From Escherichia phage phi G17: DNA of 64,000 bases. The stretch lies in the sequence record NC_070870.1, one strand, 5' to 3'. Of the stretch, positions 56,757-64,000 are shown one piece after another. Position 1 is the stretch's first letter. Each line of letters begins with the position of its first letter. The notes below the pieces were generated by a model. It was not told the DNA's origin. It ran no database searches and saw only the letters and a program-made list of their open reading frames with translations. Made by a program: the position numbers and the translations under genes.

Positions 56757-57071
56757 TTAAGGTTCATACTTCAGTACCTGATTAAGAAGACTATCCATGT
56801 AATAGCAGTATGCCTCGGAGGATTCGTCATTAATAGGAAGACCAATTAAGCCAAAGGTGTATATGCAGAAGTGATTGAGTTCATGAACCAAGGTGATAGG
56901 GTCATTATCTTTTGCATAGATGAGTACCGAACCATTAGGGAGTAGTGAGGTTATACCTTTGCTTCCATCCTCTGGTTCAATGCCTTTAGCCTTCTTATAT
57001 TTCTTAGAGAAGGTAGACCAGTCATGTACTACTTCTAACTGTACTGGATAGGGGGATGTGTTTAGTTTCAT
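56757..57071 (-). CDS. Small early protein, paralog-family member (104 aa)
   Basis: VVHDW...ITLVHELNHF matches family core; the HELNH is more likely the family HE(L/V)xG-type motif than a true metalloprotease HExxH. Confidence 0.45.
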   Translation of the reverse strand: MKLNTSPYPVQLEVVHDWSTFSKKYKKAKGIEPEDGSKGITSLLPNGSVLIYAKDNDPITLVHELNHFCIYTFGLIGLPINDESSEAYCYYMDSLLNQVLKYEP

Positions 57072-57391
57072 TAGATACTCTCGTCGCTAGATAAATATGA
57101 GGTAGAAGGATAAAGGGTAATCAGTCTACCGGTAAGGGTAGTAGCTACCATAGGTTCACAAGTAGATAGGATGTATACACCTTTATTCTTAGGTACTTCG
57201 ACAGGGGTATCTATCTTAATAAAAGTAACTGGTATACCTAACATTAAGCATGTACCAAGGAATTCATCAGCTTCTTGACTAGGTTCATACAGGACTGTAG
57301 TAGTCTTAGCCTTACCGTTGTACCAATCCTGCTTTGTTATGCTGGATAGATAGCAACTATCACTGTAGTTAGCTAAACAATAGAAGTGCAT
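57071..57391 (-). CDS. Small early protein, weak paralog-family member (106 aa)
   Basis: ORF; EPSQEADEFLGTCLMLG weakly matches family core. Confidence 0.4.
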   Translation of the reverse strand: MHFYCLANYSDSCYLSSITKQDWYNGKAKTTTVLYEPSQEADEFLGTCLMLGIPVTFIKIDTPVEVPKNKGVYILSTCEPMVATTLTGRLITLYPSTSYLSSDESI

Positions 57392-57394
57392 AGC

Positions 57395-57709
57395 TTACTT
57401 CCTTACATAGTAGTAACGGTATTCGTCATTCTCATAACGACTATCCCATTGGTATTCATCAGATACCAGCATGTATGGGATAGGATCATTAGCACTGTGG
57501 TTTGTATAGACGGAAGGGGGAACAAGACATACAACCTTACGGTCATTACTTGCCAAGAAGAGTTGACCCCTTACTTCATGGTAATCCTCTAAGGTAGGAA
57601 CCAGGATTACTTGATGTGGGTTACTGTTCATGACCTCTTCTAAAGTGAAGTCAGTTGTGTACATAGACACCCTTTCAGCAAAACTGGGGATGGTCATTAT
57701 AAATTTCAT
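57395..57709 (-). CDS. Small early protein, paralog-family member (104 aa)
   Basis: VILVPTLEDYHEVRGQLFLAS. Confidence 0.45.
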   Translation of the reverse strand: MKFIMTIPSFAERVSMYTTDFTLEEVMNSNPHQVILVPTLEDYHEVRGQLFLASNDRKVVCLVPPSVYTNHSANDPIPYMLVSDEYQWDSRYENDEYRYYYVRK

Positions 57710-58073
57710 GATTGGTTCTCCTTCCTTTAGGAAGAGGTCTGAAGTAAATGGAAAGTGTTTTATTAAAGACGTTATGGTCAGCTATCAATTCCCAACCGTC
57801 TATCTTATAGAAGCGTACACCGGGGAAGAACTCATTGAATCCTATATAGCGGGTAAGGTCATACACCTTTGGTTCAGTAAGTATCTCAGTGTTAAGCTGA
57901 AGGTTGTATAAGAAAAGAGAACCAATAACCTCATGGGACTCTTCGCAGTCAGGTAAGAATACTGATTGCCATGGAGCAATGAACTTACTTACTGCTTCTG
58001 GTTCCCCAAGGTAATAGGGTTCCTGCTTATGAAGTACTCCAGTAATATCAATATCAAAACAGTAGATGCTCAT
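57675..58073 (-). CDS. Small early protein, paralog-family member (132 aa)
   Basis: VFLPDCEESHEVIGSLFLYN; GGAGG upstream of ATG. Confidence 0.45.
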   Translation of the reverse strand: MSIYCFDIDITGVLHKQEPYYLGEPEAVSKFIAPWQSVFLPDCEESHEVIGSLFLYNLQLNTEILTEPKVYDLTRYIGFNEFFPGVRFYKIDGWELIADHNVFNKTLSIYFRPLPKGRRTNHEIYNDHPQFC

Positions 58074-58087
58074 AATTGCATACCTCC

Positions 58088-58125
58088 AGAAAAAGAAATG
58101 GGGTAGAGCCTCTCGACTCTACCCC
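58088..58125 (-). terminator. Intrinsic terminator (minus strand) GGGGTAGAG-8 nt loop-CTCTACCCC + ATTTCTTTTTCT
   Basis: 9-bp stem and T-rich tract directly before the RBS of the next gene. Confidence 0.55.
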
Positions 58126-58161
58126 TTACCGTTTTCAATCACGGGTCAGTTCATCCCCCTA

Positions 58162-58269
58162 GGTACTTATGTACCGTTAGACCAACTGGGTTGGCAAAGG
58201 AGCCGGGGAACCCTGACTGTAGAAGTTATTAACTCTTTACGAGTACCGCCACTGTCTACTAGGCGGTAT
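58162..58269. promoter_or_regulatory. Cluster of three short hairpins in early-region gap (GGTAC-ttat-GTACC, CCAAC-tgg-GTTGG, TACCGCC-12 nt-GGCGGTA); candidate promoter/regulatory hairpins
   Basis: Read directly; 5-7 bp stems with 3-4 nt loops, the architecture reported for single-strand hairpin promoters of N4-type virion RNAP, but no consensus could be verified. Confidence 0.3.
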
Positions 58270-58275
58270 GACTAA

Positions 58276-58593
58276 TCACATCGTCACCGTCATCCGAACG
58301 CTATCGTTGCTTCGTTTGATGGAGACACTATGAGGTAATTTTGTGAAGAACACAAGAGATGAAACAGACTTTTCTAAAGAGTAAGTTTCTTGTGGTTCTA
58401 AGATGGTAACACCGGGACGATTCTCTAATAACATCATTCCAGATAACTCATGGAAAGAATCCCAGTCATGGGTAACAACTATGTCACCCTTCATTAAGCC
58501 AGCCTTGGTGTGGCTTACTTCAAAGTATTTGTCTCCGGAGTCTTGGACTCTCATAAAGATTCTCAAGGGGTACTCCTTGGGGAATAAGGTCAT
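58276..58593 (-). CDS. First minus-strand early gene, paralog-family member (105 aa)
   Basis: IVVTHDWDSFHELSGMMLLEN. Confidence 0.45.
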   Translation of the reverse strand: MTLFPKEYPLRIFMRVQDSGDKYFEVSHTKAGLMKGDIVVTHDWDSFHELSGMMLLENRPGVTILEPQETYSLEKSVSSLVFFTKLPHSVSIKRSNDSVRMTVTM

Positions 58594-58736
58594 CGGAACA
58601 TTACATACTATTTAGTATCATGAACTTTTTCTATATCATGACTAAAGTGTAACTGTGTGGTAGAGTTTCTTCAAGGGGTATCTCACCCCAAGAAAAGAAT
58701 CTTCGTTAATAGACATAACTTTGTAGAGAGATAAGT

Positions 58737-59426
58737 ATGAGTGAACTAACTAAGCAGCAGATTGTTAATGCCTTACCTGCTAACTTCAAGAACAGTGTGA
58801 GCCAAGAGTTGGTAGACACGATTAACAACGTAACCCAGGACCAATTGGTTGCTGAGGCATTTCGTGAAAACTTCATCTCTTACTCTGGTGTCATGAAGGA
58901 AGGCAAGTTTAAGACACAGGACTACATGAATGCAGTTCAGTATGTAACTTACAAACACATGGGCTACTCGAATAAGGAAGCCTACTTCAAGACATTCCCC
59001 AACCGACAAGCAGAACTAGTAGCACGAGGAACCAGTGAGAAAGATATTAGTGCTTACGTATCTGCTTATCACAGAGGTAAGTTAGTTAACCTAATCATGG
59101 AACAAAGTTTGGTTCCAGTGTGGATTGTGAACCAAGACAATTATCAGAAGGCAATCAACGTACAGGTTGAACTAATGAATACGGCTGTTAGTGAGAAGGT
59201 TCGTTGCGATGCAGCTAACTCTATCCTTACTCACTTAGCTAAACCAAAAGATCAGGTAACGAATATCAATCTGGACTTGAGAGAGAACTCCGGGTTGACT
59301 GACCTCAAGGCAACACTTGCTGCATTGGCTGAACAGCAAATTAGTGCAATCAATAGTGGTGTACCTACTAAAGAGATTGCTGGTTCTAAACTCGTACGTG
59401 CAGATGAGGACATTACAGATGTCTGA
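58737..59426 (+). CDS. First gene of plus-strand late block (229 aa), possibly terminase small subunit or packaging accessory
   Basis: GAGAG upstream of ATG; stop overlaps terminase start (ATGTCTGA). Confidence 0.4.
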   Translation: MSELTKQQIVNALPANFKNSVSQELVDTINNVTQDQLVAEAFRENFISYSGVMKEGKFKTQDYMNAVQYVTYKHMGYSNKEAYFKTFPNRQAELVARGTSEKDISAYVSAYHRGKLVNLIMEQSLVPVWIVNQDNYQKAINVQVELMNTAVSEKVRCDAANSILTHLAKPKDQVTNINLDLRENSGLTDLKATLAALAEQQISAINSGVPTKEIAGSKLVRADEDITDV

Positions 59427-61008
59427 GTTAATTAAACAGGAACTAGATGAATGGCTAGACCAGGTGGATTACTCCCACCTTAATTCTTCTAACTATGTTC
59501 CTAGTCAGTTTGCTCTTACCTTTGCCAACTTCATTAAGTTGGTTAATGGCAAAGAGGGCGAATCAAACAAAACACCTCCAGTTCACCTGAAGATGTTGGA
59601 TAAGATGATTAGCCCTAACCAGTATGTAGTTAACCTGTGTTTCCGTGGTGCAGGTAAGACTGCTGTATTCATGGAATACTTTACTCTGTTCCTGGCAGTG
59701 TTTGGTCACTTACCTAGTTTGGGTAAAGTAGAAGGAATGATTTACGTATCCGACTCAATGGACAACGGTGCTAAGTCTGCACGTAAGAACATTGAGTTCC
59801 GTTACAAGAATAGTGAGTTCCTTCAACAGTGGATTCCCGAAGCTACCTTTACGGATAACCTGTTAGAGTTCCGTAATGCAGAAGGACATCGACTGGGTGT
59901 TAAGTTGTTTGGTGCTAAGACAGGTCTTCGTGGTACGAAGATATATGGTAAACGCCCAACACTCTGTGTACTGGATGACTTGATTAGTGATGGTGATGCT
60001 AACTCTAAGACAAGCATGGAAGCTATTAAGGATACTGTCTATAAAGGTGTGAACCATGCCCTTGACCCAACACGTCGTAAAGTAATCTTCAACGGTACTC
60101 CCTTTAATAAGGAAGATATTATCATTGAAGCAGTTGAGTCCGGTGCATGGGATGTAAACGTATGGCCTGTGTGTGAGAAGTTCCCCTGTAGCGAAGAAGA
60201 GTTTCAGGGTGCATGGGATGACCGTTTCTCGTATGACTACATCAAAGCCCAATACGACATGGCAGTTAAGACGGGTAAGTTGGCAGGCTTCTATCAGGAA
60301 CTTATGCTTCGTATTAGTTCTGAAGATGAACGTCTTGTTCAGGATAGTGAGATTAAATGGTATAGCAGGCAGCAACTGTTAAAGATGAAGTCCTGCTACA
60401 ACTATTACATTACAACCGACTTTGCTACTTCGGAGAAACAAACCAGTGACTACAGTGTCATATCAGTTTGGGCTTATAGTTCTAATGGAGATTGGTTCTG
60501 GGTTGATGGTGTGGCTAATCGTCAGCTTATGGATAAAAACTTTGACGACTTGTTCCGTCTGGTTCAAGAATACCAACCACAAAATGTTGGTATTGAAGTC
60601 ACAGGGCAGCAGGGTGGATTCATCTCACTTCTTCAGAAAGAAATGATTAACCGTAATGTCTTCTTTAACTTTGCATCCTCTGAGGGTGGTAAGCCGGGCA
60701 TCCGTCCTGTAACCTCTAAGCTGTCACGCTTTAACCTGGTAGTTCCATGGTTCAAGGTTGGTAAGATGTACTTCCCAGAGGAGTTGAGAGATACAACTAT
60801 TATGGGTCTGTTCATGGGCCAGCTTAAACTAGCTACCATTAATGGAATTAAAGGTAAGGATGACTGTATTGATACTATCTCCATGCTGGGTTATCTCAAT
60901 CCTTGGAAACCACAAGCAGGTATGACTATGGTGGATAACAAGGGTGACCCGATGTGGGATGAGGAAGAAGAAGATAGTGTTAACCCACTACGTTCATACA
61001 TTGTGTGA
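59419..61008 (+). CDS. Terminase large subunit (529 aa from ATG at 59419)
   Basis: P-loop-like CFRGAGKTAV, Walker B-like LCVLDDLISDGD, C-terminal acidic nuclease-like region; size matches N4-type large terminase. Confidence 0.7.
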   Translation: MSELIKQELDEWLDQVDYSHLNSSNYVPSQFALTFANFIKLVNGKEGESNKTPPVHLKMLDKMISPNQYVVNLCFRGAGKTAVFMEYFTLFLAVFGHLPSLGKVEGMIYVSDSMDNGAKSARKNIEFRYKNSEFLQQWIPEATFTDNLLEFRNAEGHRLGVKLFGAKTGLRGTKIYGKRPTLCVLDDLISDGDANSKTSMEAIKDTVYKGVNHALDPTRRKVIFNGTPFNKEDIIIEAVESGAWDVNVWPVCEKFPCSEEEFQGAWDDRFSYDYIKAQYDMAVKTGKLAGFYQELMLRISSEDERLVQDSEIKWYSRQQLLKMKSCYNYYITTDFATSEKQTSDYSVISVWAYSSNGDWFWVDGVANRQLMDKNFDDLFRLVQEYQPQNVGIEVTGQQGGFISLLQKEMINRNVFFNFASSEGGKPGIRPVTSKLSRFNLVVPWFKVGKMYFPEELRDTTIMGLFMGQLKLATINGIKGKDDCIDTISMLGYLNPWKPQAGMTMVDNKGDPMWDEEEEDSVNPLRSYIV

Positions 61009-61014
61009 GGAACC

Positions 61015-61725
61015 ATGCAGAAATTATCGGAAGTATACCGTGGCTTGGCACTGAGTACCTTGAAGGGTACTGGTTCAGTCACAGATGACAGACTAGGTAT
61101 TGAACCAGATAGTAAGCCGGAGATACTGGCAGCTATTAATGAAGGGCTGGTACGACTACATAGTCGTTTCCCTCTTAAGACTAATAGCTGCATTGTGGAG
61201 ATGAAGGAAGGACGCACTGATTATCCTCTTCAATCCAAATATGCTTACTCCAGATTTACTAAGCCTACTCTTGAGATTCAGTATCCCTACATTATGGATG
61301 GGTTCATGAAACCTTTTCAGGATGATGTTATTAAAATCTTAAATGTGTTTGATAACTCTGGGAATCGACGTAGACTGAACGACGATTCAGACCCTCGTGC
61401 TATCTTCACCCCACGACCTGATACTATTCAGTGTATGCGTCCTCGACACTTCGAGGCACTTAACGTAACGTATCAAGCTAAGCACCCAGTGCTTACGGGT
61501 GATGAAGAACAGGAAGTTGACTTAGCTGATACGCTAATGACAGCACTTCATAACTGGGTGGGTTATCGTTACCACACTGGTTTGAATACTCCTGAAGCTA
61601 ACGCTAAAGCAGCAGAGTATCTGCAAACGTATGAAAGCATCTGTGGTGAGGTTGTTGATTACGACCTGGCTAATGGAAGTATTTCAATTACCGAAACTAA
61701 ATTTGAACAACGAGGATGGCGATGA
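61015..61725 (+). CDS. Hypothetical virion/tail protein (236 aa)
   Basis: ORF following terminase. Confidence 0.5.
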   Translation: MQKLSEVYRGLALSTLKGTGSVTDDRLGIEPDSKPEILAAINEGLVRLHSRFPLKTNSCIVEMKEGRTDYPLQSKYAYSRFTKPTLEIQYPYIMDGFMKPFQDDVIKILNVFDNSGNRRRLNDDSDPRAIFTPRPDTIQCMRPRHFEALNVTYQAKHPVLTGDEEQEVDLADTLMTALHNWVGYRYHTGLNTPEANAKAAEYLQTYESICGEVVDYDLANGSISITETKFEQRGWR

Positions 61726-62852
61726 ACGCACATACCCCCTTTGATGCAAATAAGGATTGGACCAATCCTTACTGTCAGAACAGTTCCAATGACCCAATGG
61801 TAGATGCACTACTTGGTAATGCTTACCATGTAGTTCGTACTGTCTACTGTAACTTGGGTAATCTGAAACTTATCTACGATTTCCTGAACCAGTATGGGAT
61901 GGTTCTTGGTGTACAGTCTGAAGCAGAACTTAAGGCTTTAACTACTAAAGCTACCTTTGCTCGTATCTATGATAAGACTCCTGCTGGTGACCGACAGGTT
62001 ACTGATTACTTGTACGTGGAAGGTGACCGTACTGGTATCACTCCCGATGATACTGCTGCTACTGGGTCGTGGATTAAAGTAGCAACATCTAGCCAGGAAG
62101 ATGGTAATAACGGTAATGCATCTACATATGTAGTTTGGGGATACACTGCTACCGGTGGAGAAAATACCATTACAGTCCCAACTGATACGGTAGGTGTAGC
62201 CTTCATAACCGTGAACGGATTTACTCAAACAAATGGCAAGGGTTACAGTTTTAATGCTGAGTCTGGTGTAGTTACTCTAGCCCAATCATTGGAAGCCGGT
62301 GAAGAAGTTCTAATGTTTCTTACTGGAATGCCAGCTGTACCGGACACCCTTAGTATTGATAACTGGCGTGTAGTTAACTGGCTCTATAATCAAGGGGCTG
62401 CTGTTGGTGGTGAGCAGGTTATTAATATCCCATTCGTATTTGCAGACGTATCAGCAGTTTACGTAAACGGTTCACGTTTATACAAAAACCTCAGTAATAT
62501 GTCTTATGAAATTGATGTGCCTAACAGAAGGATTTTCCTAACAGAACCACTGACAGTAAATGACAGGGTTATTCTTACTATTGGTGGTACAGAGGAAACT
62601 ATTCAGGTATCTGACAGGACTTTGCAAGAAGTTGCTCGTGGATTTAACCTGAAGGATTCAGAGGTTATTCTGGATAGTGATCATACAACTTTCCTGAACA
62701 ATAAGAAGGTTGTATATGTTAGCAATCAGCAGAAGTCCTATAAGTTACCGACCCTCCCTCCGAATGTAAGTATTGCTGGTGTAGTTGGTGACCAACTAAC
62801 CTATGTTCCAGGGAACATTACTGTTACTTTGCTCCCTATTACTATCATCTAG
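61716..62852 (+). CDS. Hypothetical tail protein (378 aa)
   Basis: ORF, overlapping start; T/G/V-rich beta-rich composition. Confidence 0.5.
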   Translation: MAMNAHTPFDANKDWTNPYCQNSSNDPMVDALLGNAYHVVRTVYCNLGNLKLIYDFLNQYGMVLGVQSEAELKALTTKATFARIYDKTPAGDRQVTDYLYVEGDRTGITPDDTAATGSWIKVATSSQEDGNNGNASTYVVWGYTATGGENTITVPTDTVGVAFITVNGFTQTNGKGYSFNAESGVVTLAQSLEAGEEVLMFLTGMPAVPDTLSIDNWRVVNWLYNQGAAVGGEQVINIPFVFADVSAVYVNGSRLYKNLSNMSYEIDVPNRRIFLTEPLTVNDRVILTIGGTEETIQVSDRTLQEVARGFNLKDSEVILDSDHTTFLNNKKVVYVSNQQKSYKLPTLPPNVSIAGVVGDQLTYVPGNITVTLLPITII

Positions 62853-62913
62853 TAACTCATCCCCCTTTCAAACAATTGAAGAGGGGTTTACTTAGAAAAA
62901 TAATGAGGTTTTT

Positions 62914-64000
62914 ATGAACGAAATGTTCTCTCAAGGCGGTAAAGGTTCAACTGGAATCTTAACCAATAAACAAGCAATAGCCCGTCACTTTGGGGTTAAA
63001 CAATCTGAGGTTGTTTACTTCTCGGTGGGTGCTCTACTTACTGGTTACAAAGTCATCTATGACAAAGTGACACAGCGTGCTTACTCATTACCTGCTGATA
63101 TTGGTTCAGGTGTTACTGCTGTAAGCCTTAGTCCTGCTGGGGTGTTAGTTCACTCTGCCGGTAATGTGGATCTGGGTGAGTTAGCAGTATCTCGCGAAGA
63201 GTATGTAACCTTACCGGGTTCATTTGATACTGGCGTAACAGTTAATACTAAGAATGAACTGGTTGTCTTTACTGATGGTAAATACCGTTGGGATGGGGCA
63301 TTACCTAAAGAAGTGCCTACTGGCTCAACACCTGCATCAACCGGTGGTGAGGGTGCCGGCAAGTGGCTGAGTGTTGGTGTTGCAGCATTGCGTAGCAATT
63401 TATCATCAACATCTGGCGCTACGTTAATTGGCACTGGTGACGGCTCTACTTTACAGGAGTATGTTGACAATTGCCAATATGTAGAATCCTTTCAATCGGC
63501 AACTGCATTATCATCTGTAAGACCTGAAGTTAAAAAAATTGTTACATTAAGGTATTATGCTTCGTTACCATCTGGTGCTTTTCACACTCATTATTCAGGT
63601 AACACCTTTATCCGTAGTGGAACAGGAACCCCAGGCGAAACAGATGGTGGTAGCTATTTTGTGCTTTCAGATGGGTCTAAGTGGGTTACTTGTTTACCTA
63701 TTCATGTAGACAGATTTGGTGCATGTGGTGGCGTAGCCCCAGTTACATTTGATTCTGGTCCCGCATTCCAGAAAGCTGTAATTGCTGTAGGTAAAAGTGC
63801 GTATTCATCTTCTGGATTGGTTCATATGGACGGTCCGGTATACAATATAAATACTAAGGTGTTATGGCCTTCTAATGTAACTTTTGTGGGTAATCAGACC
63901 ACAATCGTATCCTCATCTTCTAATTATATATTTGAGAGCGGTTACTTTAGTTCAGGGGATCTGGTAACGAACTGGGGTCTTGATGATACTACCTTGGTTG
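62914..64000 (+). CDS. Tail fiber/tailspike-like protein, N-terminal part (ORF open to window end, at least 362 aa)
   Basis: ATG at 62914 with GAGG upstream; translated by hand with no stop to position 64000; G/S/T-rich with repeated VxxxG beta-like segments. Confidence 0.5.
   Translation, partial: MNEMFSQGGKGSTGILTNKQAIARHFGVKQSEVVYFSVGALLTGYKVIYDKVTQRAYSLPADIGSGVTAVSLSPAGVLVHSAGNVDLGELAVSREEYVTLPGSFDTGVTVNTKNELVVFTDGKYRWDGALPKEVPTGSTPASTGGEGAGKWLSVGVAALRSNLSSTSGATLIGTGDGSTLQEYVDNCQYVESFQSATALSSVRPEVKKIVTLRYYASLPSGAFHTHYSGNTFIRSGTGTPGETDGGSYFVLSDGSKWVTCLPIHVDRFGACGGVAPVTFDSGPAFQKAVIAVGKSAYSSSGLVHMDGPVYNINTKVLWPSNVTFVGNQTTIVSSSSNYIFESGYFSSGDLVTNWGLDDTTLV

Noticed and set aside
56757-57071. 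Interpretation of HELNH as a zinc-metalloprotease active site
   Set aside because: The motif aligns with the HE(L/V)xG core shared by the neighbouring paralogs, most of which lack a second histidine, so a protease assignment is not supported.
58066-58275. 69-aa plus-strand ORF in the early intergenic gap
   Set aside because: It overlaps a terminator hairpin and the hairpin cluster; no RBS; the region is better explained as regulatory.

Overview
The window reads as most of an N4-like (Schitoviridae-type) podophage genome, from sequence alone. The plus strand carries the late/virion module: a 5'-truncated putative portal, scaffold-like protein, major capsid protein, internal virion proteins and a giant 3450-aa virion RNA polymerase (10670..21022) with T7-like motifs A/B/C; a second plus-strand block (58737..64000) holds terminase and tail genes and runs off the window end. 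The minus strand (58593 down to 21073) carries early and middle genes: a tandem family of small paralogous early proteins, a two-gene split T7-like RNA polymerase (RNAP II-like), a MoxR-type AAA ATPase with a VWA partner, dCTP deaminase, ThyX-like protein, rIIA/rIIB-like proteins, an SF1 helicase, a family-A DNA polymerase split in two by an HNH endonuclease gene, a Cas4/RecB-like nuclease, an SSB-like protein and a RuvC-like resolvase. About 17 hairpin/U-tract terminators are called, mostly on the minus strand. The most unusual features are a ~1.05 kb ORF-free, highly structured region (22212..23260) next to a tRNA with an odd anticodon, and a set of terminator-insulated cassettes (46758..49672) encoding secreted, membrane and beta-rich proteins of unknown function. 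Everything is read by eye without database searches; functional calls rest on motifs and gene order, and the ORF track uses TTG/GTG starts in places, so several start coordinates were moved to an in-frame ATG with a Shine-Dalgarno.
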